This document shows positions 24,706 through 38,459 of a stretch of DNA of 64,000 nt, piece after piece. Under the pieces are notes generated by a model. It was given only the letters and a program-made list of their open reading frames with translations, did no database searches and was not told the DNA's origin. The first letter of the stretch is position 1. Each line of letters begins with the position of its first letter. Position numbers and translations under genes: made by a program. Origin of the DNA: Callorhinchus milii (taxonomy: Eukaryota); the NCBI RefSeq assembly GCF_018977255.1, contig NW_024704743.1, forward strand, positions 60,018,001 to 60,082,000, written 5' to 3'.

Positions 24706-25509
24706 ATGATTCCAGACAAACAATACACATACAATATATTTTACATTAAATCCTGTGAAGCACTTTGAGATACCCCTATGAAAGGTATTATATCGAATAC
24801 AAGCCAAGATGTAAAGAAGAAAAATGGATCCCAATATGGTACAAATCTTTAGTCTTTTGAACTTGCCCAACTTATTAAGCATAAATGCAGGATTGCAACA
24901 GAACCTGTCAGGGACTGGTTCAAAACTAAGGTAACAGCTCTTGATCATATGTCTCCCACGTTAACAATGGCTACTTGGGTGGAAAAGGGTCCTATTTTGT
25001 AAAGTTCTTGGAGTGAAAAACCCTGTGGAATCCTCACCTGCTGGGGCATGAACTACATGATTCAACAATTCGCCCTTTTTACAATTCTACTCAATAGAAT
25101 GCAGTGTGGCTGATCTGCTAAACAGCAGACATTCTCCTTGCACGTTCCTGTTGCATTTTTGCTTCGTAATTGTGTTTTATCCCTCCACAATCTTCAGATA
25201 TTCATAAGAACAGGGATAGCCAGTGTTTATGCAGAGTGTTCAGCTGATCAGTTGAACAGTTTCTGCTCAACCTGCACTTGTCATGACCACAGCCCATGAT
25301 TATTGTCTGAATATTTACTGTCCTTAATCCCTCCAAGATGCTGCCCCGTGTGAAGGGCGCTATATAAATGCAAGTTCTTGTTGTCCAGAAGAAAGCCTGG
25401 TCAAGAAGTAGAGAAGAAAAATAAACCCTGGTATGCTACTAATGTAGCATTAGTTGGGGTCTTGATGGATTTTTTTGTTGACACTGAACTGGCTGATTTC
25501 CTGTTGTAG

Positions 25510-25565
25510 ACTATGGCTCTGAAGATATCACTGTCCTCCCTGGAGGGCTGGCTCTTGTTAGCTCG
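25510..25565 (+). CDS. PON2: Paraoxonase exon 3 (56 nt)
   Basis: TGTAG|AC; YGSEDITVLPGGLALVSS with the Ca-binding SED motif; donor TCG|GTGAGT. Confidence 0.94.
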
Positions 25566-25884
25566 GTGAGTTGCTATCTAATATTTTCCACATGAATAAC
25601 TTTATCATATGTTAAAAGCATCATGAAGCTTCAGAAGACACATAGTTATATATATAAATAAAAAAAATTGTTCAGGGTTTAATAGAATCAGTAGTGTGTT
25701 TATTTTTTTACAAGCCTGCACTGGGGATGTAGTGCATCAGATGTTTTGTCCACAAAATACACACAGTCACACCATTCTATAGTAAATCCTGTGAATCCAC
25801 TTGAGACGTGTAACAATGTGATAAGGCATTATATCAAATGCAAGAATTATTATTATTTTATTATTATTTTGTTTTGTTTTCCTT

Positions 25885-26290
25885 AGCTGCTCTTGCATTA
25901 AGTCCCACATCAAGACTTGAACTCACATAGTCTAAGCTCACATACTCAAATGCAGCACTTGGGAGTATGTTGCATTATTGGAGGTGCCGTTCTTCGGATG
26001 AGATGTTAAACCAAGGTCCTGTCTGCCTATTCAGGTAGATGTTAAACATCTCATGGCACTATTCGAAAAGAGAAAGGAGTTTTTCCCAGTGTCCTGGCCA
26101 ACAATCCCCCAAATAAAATTGGTCACTCAATTCATAGCTGTTTGTGGGATATTGCTGTGCGCAATTGTGCTGCCACATTTGCCTACGAATACAAGTCACT
26201 TCATTTCACAGTACAGTGAAATTCTGTGGAACACTTTGAGATACTCTTCTGATGTGGTACAGCACTATACCAAAATGCAATGATTATTAA
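25885..26290 (+). mobile_element. Older Deu-domain SINE (SacSINE1/AmnSINE1-like); diverged copies at ~1160-1545, 1885-2065, 2290-2455(-), 21595-21950, 23050-23280, 53320-53615, 58935-59170(-)
   Basis: GGAGGTGCCGTTCTTCGGATGAGATGTTAAACCAAGGTCCTGTCTGCCTATTCAGGTAGATGTTAAACATCTCATGGCACTATTCGAA matches the Deu domain as recalled. Confidence 0.75.
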
Positions 26291-26628
26291 AAACTCATGT
26301 ACAATATTGTCAGAAATTGTAAGAAAAGCAAAGAAGGAGGCCATTTGGCCCATTGTGTCTGCACTATCTCTCTCCGAAAGAGCTGTTCCCTTCCCCTGTG
26401 TTGTGTACTTATGTTTGTTTATGGGGCATTGCCATGTGCAAATTGGCTGCCATATTTAGCTACAAAATACACAGCATTTACTCTACAATACTCAACAAAC
26501 TTTACTCTACAGTAAAGTATAGTGCTACTACTGTGATGTGCTTTGCGATATTTCAATGATGTGATCAGACACTGTATCAAATTCAAGAATTATTCTTAAT
26601 ATTTCGTTTAATTCTCTGTGATTTCAAG

Positions 26629-26794
26629 GGTCTGAAATATCCACACATACACAGCTTTGCTCCTGATAAGCCAGGGCAAATTCTACTTGTGAATCTGAAT
26701 GAGCCGGTGCTGAGAGCCATTGAGCTGAGACTGAGCCGTGGTTTTGATGTGGATTCCTTCAATCCACATGGGATAAGCACGTACATCCACAAAG
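26629..26794 (+). CDS. PON2: Paraoxonase exon 4 (166 nt)
   Basis: [42 protein letters not shown] with the catalytic His (NPHG); donor G|GTAAGA. Confidence 0.95.
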
Positions 26795-27719
26795 GTAAGA
26801 TGTATTCTACTGTATTTCGGCAACCAGAGAGAATTTGTGATTCAAATCAGTGCTTCTGAAAGCTGATAGAAGTGGAATAGTAAATCTGCAGGCACAAAAG
26901 AGAAGCTTGGATGAAGAAGGCCCAATGGCTCATTTGTTTCTTTTTGCTCGGTCAAGTATCTTGAAGCATGTGAAAACCCATCAATCATAACTGCTATATG
27001 AATAGGAATTTTAGCTCAAGGTTCTCCTGTCCAAAGTGTCTTAACAGTTACAGGGTCATTTTTAATGTAGATTTGTTGTCATTTTAACTTCTATTGTGGG
27101 AAATGGTTCATCTTGATCTGGGGATGTTGGGGAGGGGGCGGGAAATTGAATTCTATCTAACCCACTCCTGAGAGAGGCAACAAAACACAGGCAACCGTTC
27201 AAGAAGGTAAAGGTCAATATAGTTTCTACTGGAACCTGCAGAGAAACTAAGAAAAAACTCCAGAATATTAATCCAGCCTTGCAGGCTTACAGCTCCAGGC
27301 ACTTGTACTCTACAGATACAGTTCAGTGTAACTAATGTGGGTTTATAACAATCAGTCATCTTGTCTTATGCTCACAATCTTCAGGCATCTTCAAACCTGC
27401 TTGCTCTTTCTTTTAAAAAATAAGTTAGTCGACATACCATTCATTACCTGCTTTTACAGATTATTAATTTCACTTATCCATTCCTGTCTGTCAGGGAGGA
27501 GGCAAGGAGTGCTTATTAGGGGAGGGGTGAGGGGGGATTTTTGTAATCTTTAATCTTACTTGAGGCTCGCTAAAACTTTGTACAATTCTCTAATCATGAT
27601 CTTACATGCCAAACCTTTGATAACAACCAATCTTCACTTAGTTACTTAGATATGACAGATATTGAGCTGCATACCCTTCTGTTCTCACTAGAGAGGACTT
27701 ATTTTCTGCTTTTGCTTGA

Positions 27720-27893
<174 letters not shown>

Positions 27894-28444
27894 TGAAATT
27901 TAAGATACATTCCAGTGTGATTGTGAACCTTGTAGACAAAGAAAGGCCTTGGTCTGTGCTGTTAGTTGGTCAACAGCCATGGGCACCAACAATTGCTCTC
28001 AGTAACTCAGGGCTACAGTGGATAAAATTAGACAGTGTTCCTCCTTCTGATTGCTGTCAGTGCCTTCTGTGGGTGGAGGGTGGGTGAAGACAGGAATAGG
28101 CTCGGTTGTGATAACCTCTCTTCCTCTGTGTTACCACCAGCAGTAGGTGTCCAGACTCACACATAATGAATGTCCACTTGGGTGAGGTAGTGGAGGGTGC
28201 TAGCTGTTGAATCAAACACCAGTGTGAATCGGTGTCTTTGTGAGAAGTGTTTGGGGCAGGGGGATACAAAACAAAAACAGAAGAATGGAAGAATCAACAG
28301 CTACAGTGGAAGCCTGTTAAACCAGACACATCTGGGACGGCTGTTCTGTCAGTTTAAGAGGCGTCTGAGGTTACCTGGATGTCTCTTACCCACCCAGCAG
28401 AGGAGTGGCAGCACATCTCCCTCCCATTGCTGTTTCCATTGGAA

Positions 28445-29332
28445 GGGGACCAGTTAGCGACGGACATCAAGTCCTGGACGAGAGCCAATTTTCTACAGCT
28501 GAACGTCAGCAAGACCGAGGCTCTCCTGATTGGCTCACGCCAGCACCTCAGGCACTGGCAGCATCAGCATCCACAGATGCACATTCCACCTCACCAAGCC
28601 AGTCAGGAACCTGGGCATCTTGTTCAACCCTCAACTGTCTTTTTTCCCCCCATATCCATGTCATGACCTGCTCTGCCTTCCCCCACCTCCAGAATATTGC
28701 CCAACTCTGCCACTGCCTCACGCCTCAGGCCAACAAACCCCTCATACACGTATTCGTCACCTCAAGGCTCCACTATGGAAACTCCCTCTTTGTCGGCCTC
28801 CCCAATTCGTCCCTCCACAAGCTGCAGATCATCCAGAACTCTACAGCTCGTGTCCTCTTCAGCACCAGGCTCCATGATCCCATCACCCCCACCTCGCCTG
28901 GCTCCACTGGCTCCCTATCCCGCAGAGGATAGAATTCAAAAACCTTGTCCTCACTTTCAAGGCCCTCCACGGCCTTGCCCCCTCCTACCTCTCTGACCTG
29001 CTGACCCCCTATCAACCTGTCCGCTCCCTCCATTCAGGAGGCTCCAGTCTGCTCCATGTTTCCCTCCCAATCCACCCTATCATCGGTGGCCGGGCTTTCA
29101 GCCAATCTTTGAAACTCCATCCCACAATCCCTTTGCCTTGTTCCCTCTCTTTCCTCCTTCAAGGCACAACTCAAGACCCTCCTTTTCGACCATGCCTTCA
29201 ACCACCCTCATACCCCCTCTGCCCTCCCTCATCCCAAACCTATCCCCCCCTTGCTAGGGTCCTGTTGCCCAACTGTTCAGTGCCTTGGGACGTTCGCCTG
29301 ACATGAGATGTAATTTTGTTGTTGTTGTTGTT
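28445..29332 (+). mobile_element. L2 3' fragment
   Basis: DIKSWTRANFLQLNVSKTE; FVTSRLHYGNSL; (TTG)n tail. Confidence 0.9.
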
Positions 29333-30435
29333 CTACTGTCTTGGTGCATCCTAAAGTTGCTTCTGGGTTTACCTTTTCAATCCCATTTAAAATGTTTATA
29401 CGCCTCTTTGAGTCTTCTCTTGATATCGACAAGCTGTAGCTTGTCTAATGGTTGCTCATAGCACATTCCTCAAACCGATTCACACTGGTGTTTGGGGGTA
29501 GGAGGATGGCTGAAGGCACGGTCGAAAAGGAGGGTCTTGAGTCGTGCCTTGAAGGCGGACAGGTTGATGGAGATTTTCCTCATTCTCTCCTCTGCACTGT
29601 TCCAAGGGCCTGAGTAGTTCCCTTTTATAGCAGAACTGCATGCAGTATTCTAGATGCAGTCAGACCAGAGCACTGTAAAGCCTGAGAATGACGTCTAGCG
29701 ATCTAAACTCAACTGACAAGCAATTTAGGCCAGCGTCCTGTTTAACTTGTTTATGCCAGTGGAAAGTCTGAGTGTTGTACTTTGAAATTGACTGATTGCT
29801 TCACAATGATGGACAGCATTACATTGGTCTTTGGGGAAACTTTCAGGAGAGACCAATGATCAACAGTCCCTGCCTTTTCTGAAACTTTTAAAGTGCTTTG
29901 AGGCATCTCAAAGACGTGAAAAGCGCTATATCAAATGCAATGATTATTAGTATTATTATAAGCTGGTGATGAAAGCTTGTTTGCTACATAAAGAAAAGCA
30001 CTGAATTAATAACAGAAGCGGAGCAAGATTACTCACTAATCTGGAGTTTTGTACAGTTAAAGGGAAAGGGGGCATGATAAGCATGATAATGATAAGGGCA
30101 TTACTTCACCAGATTTTGATTCAATGAGGACCTTATGTGAGTGCTGGATGATATAAGCGTTAAATGCAGGGTTGCATAAACTAGAATGTAATAAGGTCCA
30201 GACAGAGCAGATATTACAACTGGCACAGGTGAAGCTTTCTCCTGGCTTCTGTGTGGTGAATACAAATAGAATTTTCAGAGGTGGTCATTTCAGAAAAGTA
30301 GGGCAGAATTAGTTTCCCAGGAAATGTACTGGTCCAGAATGTATCTGACAACGGTTTAAACGTTGAGAATGAGGATGCATTGTTCCGAAAAACGGTGGCC
30401 AGAACATTGCCCAGAGTTTTGGCTCACTGTAGTGA

Positions 30436-30978
<543 letters not shown>

Positions 30979-31749
30979 TGAGTTTTCTTTGTCAGTCTTC
31001 TCATTGTTAATGAGTGTTGTAAATGTTAATTTATCTGGAAATGCTTTTATGGATTCTTCACCAATAAATGAGTTTTTATTGAAGATGTTCATATTGGGGA
31101 ATGATACATTTGTACATAGTCTTCTACATTTGCCATAGATTTTGAGGACCATAAGTGAAAATCATTGCACTGTACTGAGATAAAGCCCCTTCAGTCATAT
31201 CCCACAATAACAGCCTTTACTGAACCAGTGCGACTGCAGTTTTATGTACCCACCTTCCTTTTAATTGCAGAAGATGACTTAAGGTTAAATTAAGATTGTC
31301 AATGTTGTTCTATGGCTGTGCACCCTTCAGGATCTGACCACGAAGGATACTTTCAGCTCTCTCCCCTCACAAAGTGTTTACATACATCGATCACAGATTC
31401 CATCCAATGTCATGTTCACCCCTTTATTTTCTATGCCTGTCTGTTGTTTAAAATATGTTCTGCAAAGTTTATGTGTTCGCTAAAAGCATTAGCCAGTGTG
31501 AGTGCGATTAGTAATTACCGATTGCGCTCGAGGAACCTTGTAAAGTGTCGAAGTTCAGTAGAACTAGCTCATGCGCATTATAAATATATTGAGTAGCCCT
31601 TTAATACAAGTTTTATATATTTAACGTTGTTTTTGATACTTATGTCGCCAGCAGGTCTTCTAAGGCATCGGTTACAACAATTTGGCGGGAAAGTTCCCAT
31701 TCTAAAATGCAAATTAAAGATCTAGTAATTGGTGCTATCCAATTGGACT

Positions 31750-33212
31750 GCCATAAGGATCAGTGCTTGGGCCTCAACTATTTACAATCTGCATCAACAA
31801 TCTAGATGAGGACATCGAATTAATATATCCAAATTCGGGGATGATCCTAAATTAGGAGAGAGAGTGAACACTGAGGATGACATTAAAAAAATGCAACAAG
31901 ATATAGATAGGCTAGGTGAGTGGGCAAATAGGTGGCAGATGTAGTATAATGTAGGGAAGTGTGAAGTCATCCACCTAGGTGGCAAAAACAGTAGAGCAGA
32001 TTATTTTTTAGAAGGGAAGAGACTAGATAGTGCTAGCGTTCAGAGGGACTTGGGTGTCCTTGTACACCAGTCACAAAAAGTTAGTTTGCAGATACAGCAA
32101 GCAGTTAGAAAGTGTTAGGGTATCGGACTTGTTTGCAACCGATCCTGCACCCAGAAAATAAGTTTGATCTTGACAAACCAAAACGGCGGATTTTAACAGT
32201 TTATTAAGCATACAAATAATGTTGGTTATACAGAATTAATGCAATATAAAATAATAGAGCAATACTACCAGTCCTTCTGCAGTCTGCCCTGGAGAGATCT
32301 CTAAAGACCACCTCTTTACCCAAGCTTATATATCTTTTTCTTTTCTTTGTCTGCCTTATTTGGGCTTGTTTCTCACTATTCTAGTGCTTAATCAGAACAC
32401 TTTCTTATCTAAAAGTACAGAAAGAGGAGGCCAATCAGGGCATACAACATCTCCTGGTTTAAACCAGTTTATCTGGCATTTGGCTCCCTTGGAGTTAACC
32501 TCTGGTAACCTCTGCCGACCACTGCAGTCTGTGTTACTTGTAAGACATATATGCATTCTAACAGAAGGCTAATGGTATGTTGGCATTTGTTACAAAAAGG
32601 TTAGAATATAAGAGTAGGGAAGTCTTGCTGCAACTGTATAAGGCCCCGTTGAGACCGCACCTGGAGTATTGTGTGCTGTTTTGGTCTCCTTATTTAAGAA
32701 AGGATATATTCGCCTTGGAGGGGGTACAATTTAGATTCACTAGGTTGGTACCAGGGATGAGGGGGATTAGTTATGAGGATAGGTTGAGCAATTTAGGCCT
32801 ATATTCTCTAGAATATAGAAGAATGAGAGATGATCTTATAGAAACCTATAAGATTATTAAGGGGCACGACAGAATAGATAGTGGGAGACTTTTTCCCCTG
32901 GTTGGAGAAATTATAACCAGGGGTCACAGTCTTAAAATTAGGGGTAAGCCCTTTTGCACTGAGTTGAGGAAAAACTTCTTCAATCAGAGGGCAGTGAATT
33001 TATGGAATTCTCTACCCCAAAGGGTTGTGAATGCTCAGTCCTTGAACAAATTCAAGACTGAGATTGATAGATTTCTTGTGAATAAATGGATTAAGGGATA
33101 TGGGGATAAGGCAGGTAAATGGAGTTAGAATAGATCAGCCATAATCTTATTGAATGGCAGGGCAGGCTAGAGGGACCGAATGGCCTACTCCTGCTCCTAA
33201 TTCTTATGTTCT
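31750..33212 (+). mobile_element. CR1 LINE, 5'-truncated, interrupted by a solo LTR
   Basis: QGSVLGP RT motif; ORF ..RPHLEYCVLFWSPY..LEYRRMRDDLIETYKI..RGHSLK..; 3' tail GAATGGCCTACTCCTGCTCCTAATTCTTATGTT. Confidence 0.92.
32113..32563 (-). mobile_element. Solo LTR (451 bp) inserted in a CR1 LINE
   Basis: Termini TGTTAG...CTAACA; 4-bp TSD AAAG/GAAG; removing it restores CR1 ..VRKANG..; AATAAA on minus at 32205-32200 and TATA-like motif ~32325. Confidence 0.8.
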
Positions 33213-33707
33213 GAAAGGTCGGTTGGGATTTTATGGATCTGAACTGTAGCTTGGCTCTATTTTGTATCCTAGATCTTCTATAACTTGACGAAGCAGGTCT
33301 GGAATCTCTTGATCTATCTGCCATTTAGGTTGTCTGTAACTGTGCTTATTCTTTTTGATTCTTACTAGATTATAAAGAACATTTCCTCAGATGGTCATCC
33401 ACCTGTTTATTTTAAAGATATTGGTGTGAACTCATTAAGTTGGATGTTTATTGTACAAAAGAGGGCTTCTGTGGTAAAAGAACTTTCTTCTAATCACAAG
33501 TCTTGCTGGACACTACAAAAAACACACTTTATATCCTGGACAGTAAAATAATTGCAAAATCTCTACCATTGTTCTGCTGTTTAATGCCATTTGATCTTTC
33601 AGTTAGTCACGATTACAAAGATATTTTACTTCAAGAGGTCAGTGCATTTCAATGTGCTTTATTAGATTACAATTAACTGGAAATTAATTGGTGGTTTTAC
33701 ATTTCAG

Positions 33708-33789
33708 GCACGTCTTTGTTGCAGATGTTATGGATCAGAGCATCCACGTCATGCAAGTAAATCCCAACAAGACATTGACTCGAGTGAAG
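33708..33789 (+). CDS. PON2: Paraoxonase exon 7 (82 nt)
   Basis: TTTCAG|G; HVFVADVMDQSIHVMQVNPNKTLTRVK; donor AAG|GTACGA. Confidence 0.92.
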
Positions 33790-34873
33790 GTACGATTGTC
33801 ACTTAGAATCTGCTCTCCTCCTTGGAGAGGTGTGTTCTAATCCTTGGACTGTCAGCAAACGTAACACTTAGTTTGTCAACAAATATGATTCTTAGATTGT
33901 CAACACACATTTATTTTGCTATTCTGCTCCCTCTCACAGCACCCTCTGCTGGTTGTCTATGAGTGTGGCGGCCGGGGAGGGTGGGTTGTCATGTCCTCAA
34001 CAGTTGAGTGGTCTTGTCAACACTCACTGCCAAGGCTCACAAATGAACAATGCACATAGGCAGAGGATCGGAGGCAACCAGTGTCCACAGAGCCGCACCT
34101 CAGCAAGTGGAGGCCAGGCTAAGAACAGAGAAGCATATGCCAATTGGGAGAAAATTGGAAAAAATAATTGGATTCACTAAATTTGAAAGAAAGAGATTAC
34201 GAATTTGATTATGAAAACATTCAGTGGAGACACAAGAGACAAACTTGACGTGACAGTAAAAGATCATTGTAAAATAACGTGCAATCTGAGCACTACAAGG
34301 TCAACAAGTATTAGATCAGGCGAAAACCTCGGGATAGTTTTCTCGTACTCCATGTTTATGTCATTGGAAACACTAGATTTTCTTTCACAGTTATTGATCT
34401 CTTGACTTTTTCAGGGGATATTTCTTGTTCCTTGATATGGGATTCAATGCCATTCATATGCCTCTGTTTACCTAGCAATAAGTAGGAACCCGGTTGTTAG
34501 TCGATTGGCGAATTGCTTTTTTGGAGATAATAATCCTTCAAAAACACGAACAAAAAAATAATTTGGCCACTCAATCCACAACTATTTGTGGGACACTGCT
34601 TTGCGCAATTGACTGCTGCGTTTCGCCCACAAATATGCAGTCAATTCACATTACAGTATATACTGTGAAGCACTTTGAGATGTCCAGAAGATGTGAAAAG
34701 CGCTATATTAAATGCAAGGAATATTATATTAGCACTGGAGGTTTAGGAGAACATTTTCAATATTTTTTTAAAAAACATTTCATATTTGCATATTAAATTC
34801 AAATAGAGCAAAATAGTTTGACGTCTTGTACCCAGGAATACATACTGTCAATTCTAACATTGCTTGCTTGAAG

Positions 34874-35002
34874 GTCTTGAATGTAGGAACTGGGGTGGAC
34901 AATATTGAGGTGGACAGCAAGACTGGAGATGTTTGGGTTGGCTGTCATCCTGTTGCTTGGAAACTTATTTCCTACAATCCTGAAAAGCCTGCATTATCTG
35001 AG
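34874..35002 (+). CDS. PON2: Paraoxonase exon 8 (129 nt)
   Basis: VLNVGTGVDNIEVDSKTGDVWVGCHP..LSE with DN Ca ligands and GCHP; donor GAG|GTTTGT. Confidence 0.95.
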
Positions 35003-35090
35003 GTTTGTTGCTTAAATTGTAATTAATAAATGGTACAACTCATCTGCTACTCACCTGCTTTATTAATGTAATGCATTCATTACATTTTAG

Positions 35091-35387
<297 letters not shown>

Positions 35388-37716
35388 TGACCAGGGGAAA
35401 GGCATGCTGATCTGGGCAAAGTAACTAAATCCCTGTGAAGTGAAATATTACTATTGTATTGTAGATCTTTCTCATTTGTCCTTTGATGACTGGGAACTCA
35501 ATGTTATTTCCTGTAATTCAAATTGCAGCAATGGTGAATGAATAATGAGTTTTGTAATTCTTGATAATTGTTCTTTGGTAACTTTGTTATTGAATTTAGT
35601 ACAGGGGAATCCTGCTTTAACACTCTTTAATTGAGTGCTGCCTCGAGTGGACCCAGGTTAATTGGAAGAACATTTTTTGTGGCTCACTTATAACAATGTC
35701 ACTTGTAACAATTGTTAAAGCAATATCAGTGAGACACTGGTGCCGGCTATAACAAGGTTCCCCCATAATATAATAGTTTAATGGTGGTGTGGGGATAATG
35801 AGGATAATTTTATGTACTCAGTGCAAATTAAAAAAAAATCTTTTAACAGTAATTTGAAAAACTCAGAAACTCACTATTTCAGGTGCATCGTGAGAGTAGA
35901 ATCATTCACATGATCAGAAGATGGGTTCGGATGAAGAAGGCCCTTTGTCCCATTTGATCTCAGGGTTATATTCAGATCAATAATTGTGTCTTAATTAGTA
36001 ACTCAATGAAAAGTATAACTAATAATAATAATAAGTCCTTGTCTGGGGTGTTATTGCTGAGCATTGTATGAATATTGTTTGTGCTGTTACCCGACAAAAA
36101 AAAACCTGCACAATTTTTATAATCTATTAGATGAAGACATTCACCACTTTGATGCCATAACTACTGTAATAGCATTTGTCTATCTCGATTGTGTAAACAT
36201 TGTAAAGTGCTGTGTGATTCTATAACAGTTTTAAACAGCTAGACTTTAAATACAGTATTTTTACATAGAGATGATTATGGTCTCAGCAAATCCCATTGTA
36301 ACAGAAAGTTATCACTCAATACTTTCGAGGTTTATTTGCCTTGGAGTACCTTTTGTGAACTTTATTTCTGAATTTTCTTCTGTCGCTGTTTGTCTTGAAT
36401 TTTAAAGGGGCACTGTCACACAAAAGTTTGGCAAGTTCTTCCTTGCGTGGATCCAAGAAGTGTTATTGTTTTCATCTGCACAACATTCTCTCCATACTCA
36501 ACATTTCAGTGATCGTTGTGGCATGAGGAGCACAGTACAGAATGTTTTGATGATCTGATGAATAACATTAGTCTATCTACCTTAATGTTTATTGATTTTT
36601 TTCAAAATATAGAAATAAAGGAAAACTTGACCCTAATGCCTTGTGTTTTTTCTTATCCACGCAGTCTGTAACCAGTTTCAAACCCAACACAAATTGATAA
36701 TTGATGAAATCAATGGTTGCTGAAAGGCTTTTAATGAGGGCATTTTGGCAAATTTCTATCTCGTATATTGTCAGCTTTAAGAAGCCATTCCTGAACTAAT
36801 TAATGAAAGGTAAAGCTTGATATAACATTTTACTTAAATATAGACCTTCGTCAGTTATGAAAAAACACTAGAAGCAATTGTGTTTAAATAAAGGGCTTCC
36901 ACAAAGTGGAATTAGCAAAATACCAGAAGCTTGAAACTCAACTTAGCCCTAGCCTATAAGACCATTTGTCTTGAAGTTCAAGATTGTGCAGAAATGTGGA
37001 AGCTGTTTTTCTTTGGTAGTTCCTAAAAAGAAGTGTCTTCCAAAATAAGTTAACTTTCCAGGTTTCCATGCAATGTTCAATTTTAAGACAGAATGGTCTC
37101 ACTGGCTAGGTGACGTTTTGAGTCAGATTTGGTCGTGGAATTGAATTATATTTACTGCAAGAAAAAAAGTTGAAAGGATTTCTATTCAGAAGCAGGGCGT
37201 GATATATACAAGAAAAAACTGAGGATGGCTGTTCCGGTAAACCTTTTCTGTCAAAAAAGGGTGACGATCAGAGTTCAGCCAAAAGGAATAAATATCATTG
37301 ATTTTCTCAGTTAACTTTGTGACAAGCACTTGTTTGGTAATCAGGTGTTGCTTTCTCCTCACTGGTAAGGATTGTAAATAGACTTGCTAGACAAGTTCTG
37401 CCAGAGGGAATAACTGGCTAACTAAAATAACTAAATTATATAATACCTAAAGGTTTTAACCTTTCCTTGGTCACAATTTTGCTCCAATTAGTAAGAAGAG
37501 CCTTTCACATCTAATTTACCAACAAACATGTCGAACAAAATCAGCACATGTAGAAATGATTGGACCGACACAAGATGTTTTTGGTGCTGAATCCAAACCT
37601 GGTGAAGAATAACCTTCAAACTGAACACGAGGCATAAGATGACACCAGGAATTAATCCATTTAACACATCACCAAACAAAAATCTATGATGGGTGAATAA
37701 ACTGTGTTGCATCCCC

Positions 37717-38038
37717 AGTCCTCTAGCTCAGTGGTTAGAGCACTCGCTTTGCAAGCGAGAGACCTGAGTTCAATTCCAGGCAGAGGGCGAAACCTTGGGC
37801 AAGTTTCCTTACTCCACACAGAGCCTAATAATAATCCCTCCAAAACCAAAACCAATAATAAATTGGTCATTTTCAATCTACGACTGTTTGTGGGACATTG
37901 CTGTGTGCAATTGGCTGCCGTGTTCGCCCACAAATATAGTCAATTCACTTTACAGTATATTCTGTAAAGCGCTTTGGGACGTCCTCCCGATGTGAAAAGC
38001 GCTATATCAAATGCAAGGATTATTATTATTATTATTAT
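37717..38038 (+). mobile_element. tRNA-headed SINE, full length
   Basis: Near-identical to the 46460 copy; (TTA)n tail. Confidence 0.9.
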
Positions 38039-38459
38039 AGAGCTGTGGAGTTAAAGGGATCTGCATAGAGGGAACAAAATAAGGGAAAAGAAGTAGTCTA
38101 ATGATTGGTGTAAAATTAGACATTATTTAAGAATGGAATGAATTCCCTCCCAATGAGAGGAGAAATACCATTCCAATGTCATTCGACATTTTACTGCTGG
38201 GTAATGATTTCATTAAGTGCAGTGCCCTTTTACTGGTTGTCAAAAGATGAATACATGGAAAGTCAGTGTCCTGAAATTATAATGACAAATACAACAATTT
38301 GCACTTATATAGTATGATTATGCGGATCGAATCATGGAGCGCTTAATCGTGACTATCTATCTAAAGAGAGATGGAACTGAATTTAGTTGTTCACAGTATT
38401 CTCATTTATATCAACCAAGTACAAAAGAAACATCTTTAAAAATGACAAAAAAAACAATT

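Noticed and set aside
32577..33128. 183-aa ORF as a host gene (likewise 5612-6265, 23572-24150, 28405-28932, 45275-46020, 63334-63972)
   Set aside because: CR1/L2 ORF2 remnants or their alternative and antisense frames
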